A stretch of DNA of 64,000 nt from Bacteroidota bacterium (lineage in GTDB: Bacteria > Bacteroidota > Bacteroidia > Bacteroidales > Cfx3-03): positions 5,054,250-5,118,249 of the forward strand of contig JACAUB010000001.1 in assembly GCA_013390605.1 (NCBI GenBank), read 5' to 3'. Within the stretch, counting starts at the first letter, position 1; each line of letters opens with the position of its first letter. The notes below the pieces were generated by a model. The model did not search any database and was not told where the DNA came from. It worked only from the letters and a program-made list of their open reading frames with translations. Shown here in pieces: positions 32,901 through 43,152 of this stretch. The translations under genes and the position numbers were made by a program.

Positions 32901-33480
32901 ATTGTCCTGCCAAAGCTATTTTTTGTGTTAAATAGCCCAGGTAGGTTATTCTAAGAACTGCGTTTGGATTTGTGATATTCAATGAGAACTTCCCATTCGC
33001 ATCAGTTACTGTAGCTTGTTTTGTGCCATCAACTACAATCGTTACACCGATAAGGGTTTCTCCATTATCAGAATCCGTTACCGTTCCGGTAATCTTTATT
33101 TGTTTCTGTTGGGCCTCGGAGGTAATAACAACAAGGTTGTTTTCCATGAACTTGCAGTTCAGTTTTGCTTGTGAACACAATGAGTTCAGAACAGCTACGA
33201 TATCTTTCTTGTTCGCTTTAAGAGATACGGATTGTGATAAATCAACATAATCTTCGTTATAGAAAAACGTAAAGTTTGACTGATTTTCTATTTGTTTTAT
33301 TACTTCTTTTAAAGAAGTATTTGTTGCATTGAGTGTAATATCTCTGTTCTGGGAGTAAGCGGAAGCATAAATTGTTCCCATGCTTACAAATAATAATATC
33401 AGGCCTATTTTCATGACTCTGAAAATTTGTATCCTCTTATAAAAATAAAAAGAACGGTGGAAGTAAAAACTATTTTCCAT
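29959..33480 (-). CDS. susC: SusC/RagA TonB-dependent transporter with N-terminal signalling extension
   Basis: STN-like N-terminus, [41 protein letters not shown], C-terminal Phe. Confidence 0.96.
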   Translation of the reverse strand: [1173 protein letters not shown]

Positions 33481-33492
33481 AATTTTGTGATT

Positions 33493-33592
33493 GATTTTAA
33501 GTTAAATACAAAGTGTCGCTTTGCTACACAGTAATGAGTGGCTTAAAGTTAGAGGCGGGAAATATTGCAGTATTTTCCGCTTCGTTTTTTTT
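33493..33592 (+). ncRNA. candidate cis-antisense sRNA to the susC 5' UTR (DonS-like); 5' end approximate
   Basis: Plus-strand TAATTTTG (-7 box) at 33480-33487 overlapping the susC start codon; plus-strand 14-bp hairpin 33552-33583 with three G.U pairs followed by T8. Confidence 0.65.
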
Positions 33593-33638
33593 ATTATATC
33601 CTTTCACATAGGCAAACTCTTTTTGGTTCTCTTATCCT

Positions 33639-34820
33639 TTATTTTTTAATGAATTTATCTTTTCTGCCAGGATTCTCCCAAATCACAACCTTTTTACCAG
33701 TAATTTCATATTCGATAGGTGAGGTTATTTTCAAGGCTTCCAGAATTTGTTCGGGTGTTGACTCTTTTATTTTGCCACTATAGCGCAGCTTTTTAATCGC
33801 TTCGTTCTTAAATTGTATGGTTACATCAAATCTGCGTTCTACTTTTATCATGATACTCTCAAGTGTTTCATCGAAAACAAGGAAGTAACCATCTTTCCAT
33901 GAAATATCTTTTTCTTCTAATGTGCTTATTGGTTCTATACTATTTTGCGTTTTTTGAGGTAGATTAGAAATGGAAGTATCTTCTTTTATAGCTCTTTTGA
34001 GAAGTTTTTTATCTGATAAATCATAAAATTTGATATTTCCAACTGTCTTATTAAAAATTGCTTTTTGGTTAGGCTTTAATAAATAATTTGAAACACTTCC
34101 ATCCATCTCAAACTTTTCCACTTTAACTGCTCCCCTGATTAATGTCGTCTCAATCGTATTCTCCTCACTATAGGATTTGACATTAAATGAAGTGCCTAAT
34201 ACCCGAAGAGTCAACTTGCTGGTTTGAACAAGAAATGGCTTGTTTTTATTCTTGGCTACATCAAAATAGGCTTCCCCGTCCAGAAAGACTTCACGATCTT
34301 TTTTGTTAAAATCTGTACTATATTTCAAAACACTACCGGCATTCAACCACACTTTACTTCCATCAGCTAAAACCATTTCAGTTTTTGATCCTTTTGGTGC
34401 AGTAATTTGAGTTAACACTTTTCCTTCAACAGAATCAATGGGCGTTACAAAAAAATGCCGATAAATAAAAAGTGATGGTAGACCAATAAAGATTAACGTT
34501 ACGGCAGCATAAGTTAATACATTCCTGATGATTTTCCAACCCGTTACATAGACTGTAGGCGTTTCATCTTCTAAATTCGATTGATATTGAATTAATTTAA
34601 GTAAAAATTGTTCTTTAGATTTGTTTTTATCCCATTCATTCATTCCTGCTCCAGCGGAAGCAATATCCCATGACTTGTGAAGCTTTTCTAATATTGCTTT
34701 ATTTTCAGACGAAAAACTTTTCCAACGCTCTACTTGAATAGTTTCGCTTTCATCAGTTTCGCCACTCAGGTATTTTGTTAACAAGACTATATTGATGTCT
34801 TTAAGATTTTCTTCCATCAT
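33639..34820 (-). CDS. FecR family anti-sigma factor
   Basis: One TM helix; LADGSKVWLNAGS, LDGEAYFDV, VLGTSFNV, SWKDG. Confidence 0.93.
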   Translation of the reverse strand: MMEENLKDINIVLLTKYLSGETDESETIQVERWKSFSSENKAILEKLHKSWDIASAGAGMNEWDKNKSKEQFLLKLIQYQSNLEDETPTVYVTGWKIIRNVLTYAAVTLIFIGLPSLFIYRHFFVTPIDSVEGKVLTQITAPKGSKTEMVLADGSKVWLNAGSVLKYSTDFNKKDREVFLDGEAYFDVAKNKNKPFLVQTSKLTLRVLGTSFNVKSYSEENTIETTLIRGAVKVEKFEMDGSVSNYLLKPNQKAIFNKTVGNIKFYDLSDKKLLKRAIKEDTSISNLPQKTQNSIEPISTLEEKDISWKDGYFLVFDETLESIMIKVERRFDVTIQFKNEAIKKLRYSGKIKESTPEQILEALKITSPIEYEITGKKVVIWENPGRKDKFIKK

Positions 34821-34844
34821 GATACATTTTTATCCTCTCCCATT

Positions 34845-34873
34845 AAAAGCGATTCAGAATGAAAAAACCCCTA
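34845..34873 (-). promoter_or_regulatory. putative ECF-sigma promoter for fecR-susCD
   Basis: Minus strand TAGGGG-ttttttcattctgaat-CGCTT just upstream of fecR; resembles GGGG...CG(T/C) elements seen before Bacteroidota fecR genes (inference). Confidence 0.35.
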
Positions 34874-35019
34874 TGTGCATCTTAAAAAAGTTAATATTAC
34901 TTATATTAATATTGAATACTATCTTTTATGAGATATAAAATTTAGAAAATAGTTATAAGCTAAGGGACGAAGGGTGATGTTTTAAAAGAAGAAAGGATCT
35001 TGATTAAGGGATATTTTAT

Positions 35020-35568
35020 CTATAAATAACTATCTAGTTCAGCTCTGACAATTTTTAAAGCTTTGCCCATTTGGTTTTCAATTGTCTTTATTGAAAGCGA
35101 TAATGAAGTAGCTATTTCTTTGTATGACATGTATTTAAATCTGCTCATCAAAAAGATTTCTTTGCATTGCTGTGGTAATTTATTGATAGCATTATTCAAC
35201 GCTTCTTGCAAATCTTTATTCACCAGATCGGCAAAAATATCTTCATATGAATCCATCATCTCATCTTTGAACTGATCTGCATATTGTTCTTCAATCTTTT
35301 TGTGCTTTAAAAAATCCAGACAATCATGTTTGACCGATGTCATTAGATATCCTTTTACAGACGACTGTGAAGGAATATTTTTACGATTTATCCAGAAGTC
35401 AACAAAAACTCCTTGCACAATTTCTTCAGCAATAGTTGGTTGTTTTACATAAAAATTTGCAGAAGAACATAAAGCAGCATAATACAAGTCGAAGCATAAG
35501 TTAATTGCTTCAACACTGCCTTCTTTTAAAGCTGTAATTGTTACTTGCTCAAGTTCTCTTAGTGTCAT
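35020..35568 (-). CDS. ECF RNA polymerase sigma-70 factor (Bacteroides expansion family)
   Basis: AEEIVQGVF, LPQQCKEIFLMSR, SYKEIA, TIENQMGKALK. Confidence 0.93.
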   Translation of the reverse strand: MTLRELEQVTITALKEGSVEAINLCFDLYYAALCSSANFYVKQPTIAEEIVQGVFVDFWINRKNIPSQSSVKGYLMTSVKHDCLDFLKHKKIEEQYADQFKDEMMDSYEDIFADLVNKDLQEALNNAINKLPQQCKEIFLMSRFKYMSYKEIATSLSLSIKTIENQMGKALKIVRAELDSYL

Positions 35569-35726
35569 GCGTTGCTAATGTGGCTGCTAAATTTAAATAA
35601 ATAGCGTTCAAATATGTTCGTGTAATTCCTCAACTGCAAAGAAGTAAAAAATGCAAAGATTATTTTTGATGTTACACTTTCGAGATTGTAAAGCTAAGGA
35701 AAAGGAATTTAAAAATAGAAGGAAAT

Positions 35727-36326
35727 TTATAGATATCTTAAGATCAAATCACCTGCTTCCTTTAAATTTTCTCCAAATGAGATAATCCCCTCTTCATGAC
35801 CACCCATTACTAATACCTTCTTTTCGAGAAGATCAGTGGTGTTGAATAATCTCTTTATTTCTAATGCCATCTGGGGTGTGCCATATTCAACATTGGATGA
35901 GGTTGTTGGAATCTGATTGAGTAACTTATCCCACATCTGCTTATTGTGGATATGAATGATTGCCTGGGTTCGTAGATCCATTTCATAGACGGCAGCATGG
36001 GTTAACGATTCAGCAGATGCTTTGATCTGACCTTTACAGGTTAGTTCGTTTTTTGAAAAATTATAGTCGATAACAGTAGAATAATGGTTTGTGGATAAAT
36101 TTTCAAGATGCCCGGTTGATGTTCCCGAGATTAGAAATTCCTTATCAGTAAGACGGATACTGATATTTCCATATCCGATTCCATTTGGATAAACACCAAT
36201 CAGTTTGTTGTTAAAGAGAATATTACGCCAATGATTTATTTCAGTAATGACCTCCTCTTTTAAGGGATCTGTCTGAATCCAATTACATTGGAACTTTATG
36301 CTACCGGTTTCATTAGAAGTTGTCAT
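35727..36326 (-). CDS. class II aldolase/adducin family protein
   Basis: GYGNISIR, SAESLTHAAVY, IIHIH, GHEEG metal-binding residues. Confidence 0.82.
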   Translation of the reverse strand: MTTSNETGSIKFQCNWIQTDPLKEEVITEINHWRNILFNNKLIGVYPNGIGYGNISIRLTDKEFLISGTSTGHLENLSTNHYSTVIDYNFSKNELTCKGQIKASAESLTHAAVYEMDLRTQAIIHIHNKQMWDKLLNQIPTTSSNVEYGTPQMALEIKRLFNTTDLLEKKVLVMGGHEEGIISFGENLKEAGDLILRYL

Positions 36327-36602
36327 GCTATTTTAATAAAATCGAGCAGACTGAAAAAAGGCCTGATCTGCTTATGGGAAATTTAAATCTTAATTTATGA
36401 ATTTTAAAGGTATAATTGCAAATGTATTAATTTTTCTTTGCTTTAATTTGAGTTAAGTTTTAAAGTAAATTTGTTTAATTGTAGCCTGCTATTATTTCAA
36501 TACTATATTGTATTAATAGATTCTATAATCATTTGGGTTTTGAAATCTCTTCATTTTTCATATTTATTTTAAGCTGATCAGAGCTAACCAAAATTAGTAA
36601 CT

Positions 36603-38756
36603 ATGTCAAAAAATATTTTCTTATTACTACTCAGTGTAGTTTTTGCAGGTCATCTATTTGCACAATTGCCCAAGATTGTCAATATAGAAACTAAGAATAC
36701 TATCCTTCTTTATCGAGTTGGGCAGGATCAAAAGTTAATCCAGTCATATCTGGGAAATAAACTATTTCAGCCGGGTGAGTATGATAAGCTAAAAGCGGGA
36801 AAATTTGAAGCCTATATAACAGCAGGTACTTCAAATCTGTTTGAGCCATCTATTCGTGTAAAACATGCTGATAATAACCCTTCGCTCGACTTACAATATG
36901 AAAGTCACAAAATAGTTAAGCAAGATGATGATGTTACACTCACAACTATTAAGATGATTGATCCTCAATATCCATTTGAGGTAACATTGTTTTTTAAAGC
37001 TTATTATAATGAAGATGTTATTGAAGAATGGACTGAAATTAAACACAAAGAGAAGAAACCGGTTGTGTTGTATAATTACGCATCTTCGACCTTACATTTT
37101 GATGCTAAGAACTATTGGCTAACTCAGTTTCATGGTAATTGGGCAGAGGAGATGCGCATGCAGGAAAGTCAACTTACATCAGGTATTAAAATTATTGATA
37201 GTAAGTTAGGAACGCGCGCCCACATGTACCAAACACCTGTTTTCTATCTATCTCTAAATGAAAAATCAAATGAGAATACCGGTGAACTTATAGCAGGTAC
37301 ACTGGGTTGGTCTGGTAATTTTCAGTTTACCTTTGAAATCGATGAGAGAAATAACCTTCGGGTAATCTCGGGAATCAATCCCTATGCTTCAGAGTATAAA
37401 TTAGAACCAGAGAAGGTTTTTAAAACACCCTCTTTTATTTTTACATATAGCAATAGTGGTAAAGGATTAGCCAGTCGTAATATGCATCAATGGGCCCGTA
37501 AATATGGTATACTCGATGGAGATAAGCCTCGTTTAACACTTTTGAATAACTGGGAGACTACTTATTTTAGCTTTAATGAAGAGAAATTAGCCGGATTATT
37601 TGACGATGCAGTCAAGCTTGGTGTAGATCTATTTTTACTTGATGATGGCTGGTTTGCCAATAAATATCCTCGTAATAATGATAATGCAGGACTGGGTGAT
37701 TGGGAAGAGAATAAAGCTAAACTTCCCGGAGGCATAGATGCACTTATAAAAGCGGCTCAACAAAAAGGCTCCAAGTTTGGTATTTGGATTGAACCTGAAA
37801 TGGTAAATCCCAAAAGCGAATTGTATGAAAAGCATCCTGATTGGATTATCAAGTTACCTAACAGATCTGAAAATTATTACCGTAACCAGTTAGTTCTGGA
37901 TTTAACCAATCCTCAGGTACAGGATTTTGTGTTTGGAGTGGTTGATAATCTGATGACAAAACATCCTGAAATTGCATTCATTAAATGGGATTGCAACAGA
38001 ATGATTACTAATGGTTATTCTCCGTATCTGAAAGAAAATCAATCACATCTCTACATTGATTATGTGAATTCACTTTATAAAGTCTTTGATCGCATGCGTC
38101 AGAAGTATCCTCATTTGCCAATTATGCTTTGTTCAGGTGGTGGTGGCCGTGTTGATTACGGTGCATTAAAGTATTTTACTGAATTCTGGCCTAGTGATAA
38201 TACTGATGGATTGGAGAGAGTCTTTATTCAATGGGGATATTCGAATTTCTATCCTTCTATTACTTCATGTAATCATATTACTTCATGGGGTAAACAGTCA
38301 TTAAAGTTTCGTACTGACGTTGCCATGATGGGAAAGATGGGCTATGATATTCCTGTGAAACATATGACCGATCAAGAATTAAAGTTTAGTCAAAATGCAG
38401 TTGCAAACTATAAACGACTAAATAATACTATTTGGTTTGGTGATCTTTTCCGATTAGTTTCGCCGTATGATGAAAGCCGTGCAGTGTTAATGTATGTAAA
38501 TACCGAAAAGAACAAAGCAGTATTATTTTCATATACCTTAAATCCACGATATGGTGAATTCTTCCAGAAAGTAAGATTACAAGGTTTGGATGCTGCTAAA
38601 ATGTATAAGGTTGAGGAGACTAACATTAATTTGCGTCAAACCTTTATGGAAAGTGGAAAGGTGTTTAGTGGAGACTTCCTTATGAAGGTTGGTTTAGAAG
38701 TTTCTGCTAACAATTCATTAAATAGCGTGGTACTCGAAATCACTGAAGTGAAGTAA
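36603..38756 (+). CDS. alpha-galactosidase, GH36
   Basis: LLNNWE, LLDDGWF, FGIWIEPEMV, IKWDCNR, CSGGGGR, WPSDNTD. Confidence 0.95.
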   Translation: MSKNIFLLLLSVVFAGHLFAQLPKIVNIETKNTILLYRVGQDQKLIQSYLGNKLFQPGEYDKLKAGKFEAYITAGTSNLFEPSIRVKHADNNPSLDLQYESHKIVKQDDDVTLTTIKMIDPQYPFEVTLFFKAYYNEDVIEEWTEIKHKEKKPVVLYNYASSTLHFDAKNYWLTQFHGNWAEEMRMQESQLTSGIKIIDSKLGTRAHMYQTPVFYLSLNEKSNENTGELIAGTLGWSGNFQFTFEIDERNNLRVISGINPYASEYKLEPEKVFKTPSFIFTYSNSGKGLASRNMHQWARKYGILDGDKPRLTLLNNWETTYFSFNEEKLAGLFDDAVKLGVDLFLLDDGWFANKYPRNNDNAGLGDWEENKAKLPGGIDALIKAAQQKGSKFGIWIEPEMVNPKSELYEKHPDWIIKLPNRSENYYRNQLVLDLTNPQVQDFVFGVVDNLMTKHPEIAFIKWDCNRMITNGYSPYLKENQSHLYIDYVNSLYKVFDRMRQKYPHLPIMLCSGGGGRVDYGALKYFTEFWPSDNTDGLERVFIQWGYSNFYPSITSCNHITSWGKQSLKFRTDVAMMGKMGYDIPVKHMTDQELKFSQNAVANYKRLNNTIWFGDLFRLVSPYDESRAVLMYVNTEKNKAVLFSYTLNPRYGEFFQKVRLQGLDAAKMYKVEETNINLRQTFMESGKVFSGDFLMKVGLEVSANNSLNSVVLEITEVK

Positions 38757-38770
38757 ATAATAATGCTAAA

Positions 38771-38816
38771 ATGGTCGTCAAAATCATGCCATATTAATTT
38801 TGACGACCATATTTTT
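38771..38816 (+). terminator. intrinsic terminator after GH36
   Basis: ATGGTCGTCAAAAT / ATTTTGACGACCAT perfect stem followed by T5. Confidence 0.75.
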
Positions 38817-38912
38817 GCCGTTTTTATTATGATAATTATTTCAGATCAGTGATTTTCAGATAACTTTTAATCAAAGACTTTCTTAAAATAATACATCTTT
38901 TAAAGCGATTAT

Positions 38913-38951
38913 AAAAAGATGGGAGGGTATCAGTATTGAGATGCCCTCCCA
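38913..38951 (-). terminator. intrinsic terminator after GH105
   Basis: Minus strand TGGGAGGGCATC...GATACCCTCCCA then TCTTTTT. Confidence 0.7.
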
Positions 38952-38962
38952 CTTTGTGATTT

Positions 38963-40135
38963 TTATTTGTAATTTTTATTCTCAATGCTTAGCGTGCCTA
39001 AAATAAATGAAGTTACACCGGCAAAGGTATTTACTTCTTTCGGTTGATTCACATAAACTGTATAGTTGTCTTGTACACCGATGCTACTACAGTCGTAAAT
39101 ATCCACAAGTCCTGACGTATTAATTTTTGCCTTTTTAATCATACCAGAATACGCATTTTTAATTACGGGCTCGTATTCTGATCTGCTAACATATCCCTTT
39201 TCGATAGATTTATTTATGAGATAAATAAACATACCTGTTCCTGATGTTTCGTTCCAGTTGTCAGACAATTCCGGTTTGTCTACAACCTGACACCACATAC
39301 CCGTTTTAGGATCCTGACAGCCTTTTAATCCTTTGCATAGCTTTTTTAGGTGAGAAAGAATAATTGCTTTATTGGGATCATTTTTTGGTAAAAAGTCAAA
39401 AATATCAGCAATTAGAATGGCATACCAGCCAAGACCTTCGCTCCATACATCTGAAGCAAGCCCTGTGTTTTTATCTGCCCAATGAGCTTTTTTGCTTTCA
39501 TCCCATGCATGCAACAATAAACCGTTCGGTTTTTGGCAATGTTCTACAATCAGTTTCATTTGTTTCGTTACCTCATTAAAGGCAATTGTACTATCTCCTA
39601 TAATTTTACCATATCTAGCCATAAATATCTGACCCATAAATACCCCATCTACCCACATCTGATTTGTTGCCCAGGTTCCATGCCAAAAGCCGCCATCAGC
39701 GTTTCTGGGATAGCTTTTAAAACCATTAAAAATTGTTTTAGCCGCAATCTTATATTTTTCGAGATGTGTTTGCTCATACATAAAGATAATAGCATATCCC
39801 GGGATAAAATGATCTAAGGCATTTGGTTTAAAGTCAGAAATATTCCCAGCCTCATCAACCTGTTGATCTACATAGCGTTTTATATAGTTGAAATAGTTTA
39901 TATTGCCCGTTGCTCTCCACATTTTCTCCATGGCAAACATGGCATAACCCGCTTGCCAGTCAAAATGGGTCGATTTGCTGCGCCAACAAATACTATCAGG
40001 GTTGGGAAATTTCTTGATAAAACTATTTGCGGTTGCAACTGACCAGACAATGGGCCCGGTTTGAGCATTTGATGTGCCTAATTGGATGAGCGAAACAATA
40101 ATAAAGATTGTTGCTTTTAGGGAAAATTGTCTCAT
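38963..40135 (-). CDS. GH105/GH88 unsaturated glycuronyl hydrolase (start uncertain: 40135, 40159 or 40228)
   Basis: GGFWH, QMWVDGVFMG, LLHAWDE, WSEGLGW, WCQVVD, ETSGTGMF; signal peptide from MRQFS. Confidence 0.85.
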   Translation of the reverse strand: MRQFSLKATIFIIVSLIQLGTSNAQTGPIVWSVATANSFIKKFPNPDSICWRSKSTHFDWQAGYAMFAMEKMWRATGNINYFNYIKRYVDQQVDEAGNISDFKPNALDHFIPGYAIIFMYEQTHLEKYKIAAKTIFNGFKSYPRNADGGFWHGTWATNQMWVDGVFMGQIFMARYGKIIGDSTIAFNEVTKQMKLIVEHCQKPNGLLLHAWDESKKAHWADKNTGLASDVWSEGLGWYAILIADIFDFLPKNDPNKAIILSHLKKLCKGLKGCQDPKTGMWCQVVDKPELSDNWNETSGTGMFIYLINKSIEKGYVSRSEYEPVIKNAYSGMIKKAKINTSGLVDIYDCSSIGVQDNYTVYVNQPKEVNTFAGVTSFILGTLSIENKNYK

Positions 40136-40316
40136 AAGAAGGCTGATTTTTTTAGGCATTATCCTTTCAAACAATATAAAATGACTGTAAAAGAGCAAGC
40201 GGAGATGAACTACATTTTCATTTCTCAAATTAGATTTGTTCTTATTTTGAGATGTGCCTACTAAAAAAGTATTTGGCTGTATTTAATCTGACCCTTATAT
40301 TTATCACCTGATAATA

Positions 40317-41723
40317 TTATCTTTCCTCATTATACACCTGTAGTTCAGCTATAGATGCCTGATGATCCGCTTTTTCAATAGAGATTCTTATCTTGTTTCC
40401 CCAAACCCTTTCAAAGCGATGAATCTTGATTTTATTCTTATTTTCACCTTGAAATAGAGTCTTCCAAACCCCACTCTGGCAATATTCCAACTTGTAGTTA
40501 CTAATATTAGGACGTTCCTCTGCAACTACAATGGTATTAAACCCCTTCTCCTGTGCAAAATCAATTTCATACCATGGGTTCTTTACTTCAGGGTTAGAGA
40601 TCCAGGAAGAATGAAAATCATCATCATTGGCAAAATCCATAATATTCATATCATCGCTCCAGCTTGAATTTGCAGCTTGTCCTTTAGCCAGATTGGTTGA
40701 GATAATTGGTGCCTCTAATTGTGGAAGCTTAGTTACGGGCCCTTCATTTTTCCAGAGCTTTCCTATTTCCTTTAGTGCTGTCAATGCATTATCATCGAAT
40801 AGTCCATCCCGGTTGGGAGCTACATTTAAAATGAAATTACAATCTACATTATTAAAAGGGATGATATTTTCATTGACTAACTTCGCTGGATCTTTAACTG
40901 GTTTTGTTGGAAAATCAGTTTTCCAGAACCACGAGCCGTTTAATGGTAAGCATGCCAAGGCTGGCATATTATTATGCTCTTTGGATATGCGCTGACCGGC
41001 ACCCATTTCGTAAGTTTTAATATCGGTATAATACAAGCCTTCGGCAGGATATTTAGCACCGTTTAAATCCATGATAACACAATTTGGCTGTAAAGCTTTT
41101 ACCAAATGATATATATCCTCAAAGGGTATGTCGTCATAAGATATTCTTGACCATGGAGCATCCCATCCATCAATAATTAATGCTTCAATAGGGCCATAGT
41201 TGCTTAACAGCTCGGTTATCTGGGCTTTTATCATTTCAAAATGTTGCGGCTTAATAGCATTTGGCCGAAGCTTATGATGGGTGTCAAGGATAGAATAATA
41301 CAGCATTACTTTTAATCCATTGGCTCTAAAAGCATTTACGAATTCTCTCACCACATCTTTTTTAAACGGACTGTTCATCACATTATAATCAGTTGTTTTC
41401 GTATCCCAGATACAAAAGCCGCTATGATGTTTTGTCGTTAAACAGCCATAACTCATATTCGCTGATTTGGCAGCTTTAGCCCATTGATCACAATCTAATT
41501 TTTTAGGATTAAATAGACTGGGAGAGGTTTCCGGGTCAGGCCAATCCTGGTTTGTATAAGTTGGAATGTTGAAATGGATAAACATCCCGAATCTTAAATC
41601 CACAAATTGTTGTTGAAGTTTTGAAAGCGGTAGTGGGGATCTGGTAATGTTGTTTTGTGCTTTTAATTGATGTGTTCCTAAAAGTAGTAAACAGAGGGTA
41701 AAAACAATAGATCTTGTTTTCAT
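40317..41723 (-). CDS. alpha-L-fucosidase, GH29, with C-terminal F5/8-like domain
   Basis: RFGMFIHF, TTKHHSGFCIW, YYSILD, ILNVAPNRDG. Confidence 0.9.
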   Translation of the reverse strand: MKTRSIVFTLCLLLLGTHQLKAQNNITRSPLPLSKLQQQFVDLRFGMFIHFNIPTYTNQDWPDPETSPSLFNPKKLDCDQWAKAAKSANMSYGCLTTKHHSGFCIWDTKTTDYNVMNSPFKKDVVREFVNAFRANGLKVMLYYSILDTHHKLRPNAIKPQHFEMIKAQITELLSNYGPIEALIIDGWDAPWSRISYDDIPFEDIYHLVKALQPNCVIMDLNGAKYPAEGLYYTDIKTYEMGAGQRISKEHNNMPALACLPLNGSWFWKTDFPTKPVKDPAKLVNENIIPFNNVDCNFILNVAPNRDGLFDDNALTALKEIGKLWKNEGPVTKLPQLEAPIISTNLAKGQAANSSWSDDMNIMDFANDDDFHSSWISNPEVKNPWYEIDFAQEKGFNTIVVAEERPNISNYKLEYCQSGVWKTLFQGENKNKIKIHRFERVWGNKIRISIEKADHQASIAELQVYNEER

Positions 41724-41862
41724 AGTAGTTTTAGATTTATTTAATGATGCTTATGCGCGTTATTAGAACGGAATATAGATATTATTAACGCAAATATAGC
41801 GTATTATGCAATTATCTTTAATAGATATCGACAAGGTTAAGACCTCTACTCGTAATTTTTCT

Positions 41863-43113
41863 TTATAGTCTGACTTGTCCGTCCCCATCCACCAGCCATT
41901 TATAACTGGTTAGTTCTTCAAGTCCCATTGGTCCACGTGCATGTAATTTCTGGGTACTGATGCCTATTTCAGCACCTAACCCAAATTGTGCCCCATCGGT
42001 AAAGGCAGTAGAAGCATTCACGTAGATAACTGCTGCATCAACTAATTTTTTATATCTGTCGGCAATAATCTTGTTCTCAGTAATAATAGCTTCACTATGT
42101 TTCGAACTGTATTGTGCAACATGAGCTAAAGCCTCATTAAAGTTTTCTACTGTTCGGATTGACATTTTGTATGATAGAAACTCTGTTGAATAACTATCCT
42201 CTGTTGAGGGTTTTAAAAGTTCGGCAGGATAAAAGCCAAATAGTACTTCGAACGCTGATTTATCTGCGAAAATCTCTACATTGCTTTCCGCTAGTTTTTC
42301 ACATAAATAGGGGAGTTCCTTCAATCGGCGATGATTAATAATTAAACAGTCTAAAGCATTGCAAACACTTACCCTGCGTGTTTTTGCATTGGTTATGATG
42401 GCTTGTCCTTTTTCAGCATTACCATATTCATCAAAGTATGTGTGACAAATCCCTGCACCGGTTTCAATCACCGGAATTGTAGCGTTCTCCCTGACAAAAT
42501 CAATGAGAGCCTGGCTTCCTCGAGGTATGAGTAGATCAACATAATTACGTGCCTTCAAAAGTTGGGCTGTTGCTTTGCGTTCGGGAGGAAGCAGACTGAC
42601 CAGATTAGGATCAACATGGTGCTCAATGAAAACATTGCGAATAATGCTAACAATGGCACGATTTGAGCAATCTGCGTCGCTCCCCCCTTTCAACACACAA
42701 ACGTTTCCAGACTTTAAACATAATCCGGCCACATCAAACGTTACATTAGGTCGCGATTCGTAAATAATACCAATCACTCCAAATGGTACGCTCACTTTTT
42801 TTATAGTTAACCCATTAGGGCGAATAGTTTCTGAAAGTATGCTTCCAAGTGGAGATGGAAGTGCCTCTACGTTTTTTAAATCGGTAGCAATAGCCTCAAT
42901 ACGACTGGTAGTTAATGTGAGACGGTCATATCTTGGATCGGCTGGGTCCATGCGTTCAAGATCTTTTGCATTCTCATCAAGAATATACTGCATGTTGGAA
43001 ATAGCTGCATCTGCAATGCAATCAATCAATTGATTGATCTGTTCACTTGTTAGGAGTGCTGTAGTCTGAGTTGCTTCTTTTGCCGATCTTAATATGGCTT
43101 CAGTTGTATTCAT
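41863..43113 (-). CDS. proA: gamma-glutamyl phosphate reductase
   Basis: [55 protein letters not shown]. Confidence 0.97.
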   Translation of the reverse strand: MNTTEAILRSAKEATQTTALLTSEQINQLIDCIADAAISNMQYILDENAKDLERMDPADPRYDRLTLTTSRIEAIATDLKNVEALPSPLGSILSETIRPNGLTIKKVSVPFGVIGIIYESRPNVTFDVAGLCLKSGNVCVLKGGSDADCSNRAIVSIIRNVFIEHHVDPNLVSLLPPERKATAQLLKARNYVDLLIPRGSQALIDFVRENATIPVIETGAGICHTYFDEYGNAEKGQAIITNAKTRRVSVCNALDCLIINHRRLKELPYLCEKLAESNVEIFADKSAFEVLFGFYPAELLKPSTEDSYSTEFLSYKMSIRTVENFNEALAHVAQYSSKHSEAIITENKIIADRYKKLVDAAVIYVNASTAFTDGAQFGLGAEIGISTQKLHARGPMGLEELTSYKWLVDGDGQVRL

Positions 43114-43152
43114 ATTGTAAAAGATTAAATCGAAATGATGTGAAGCTGCTTC

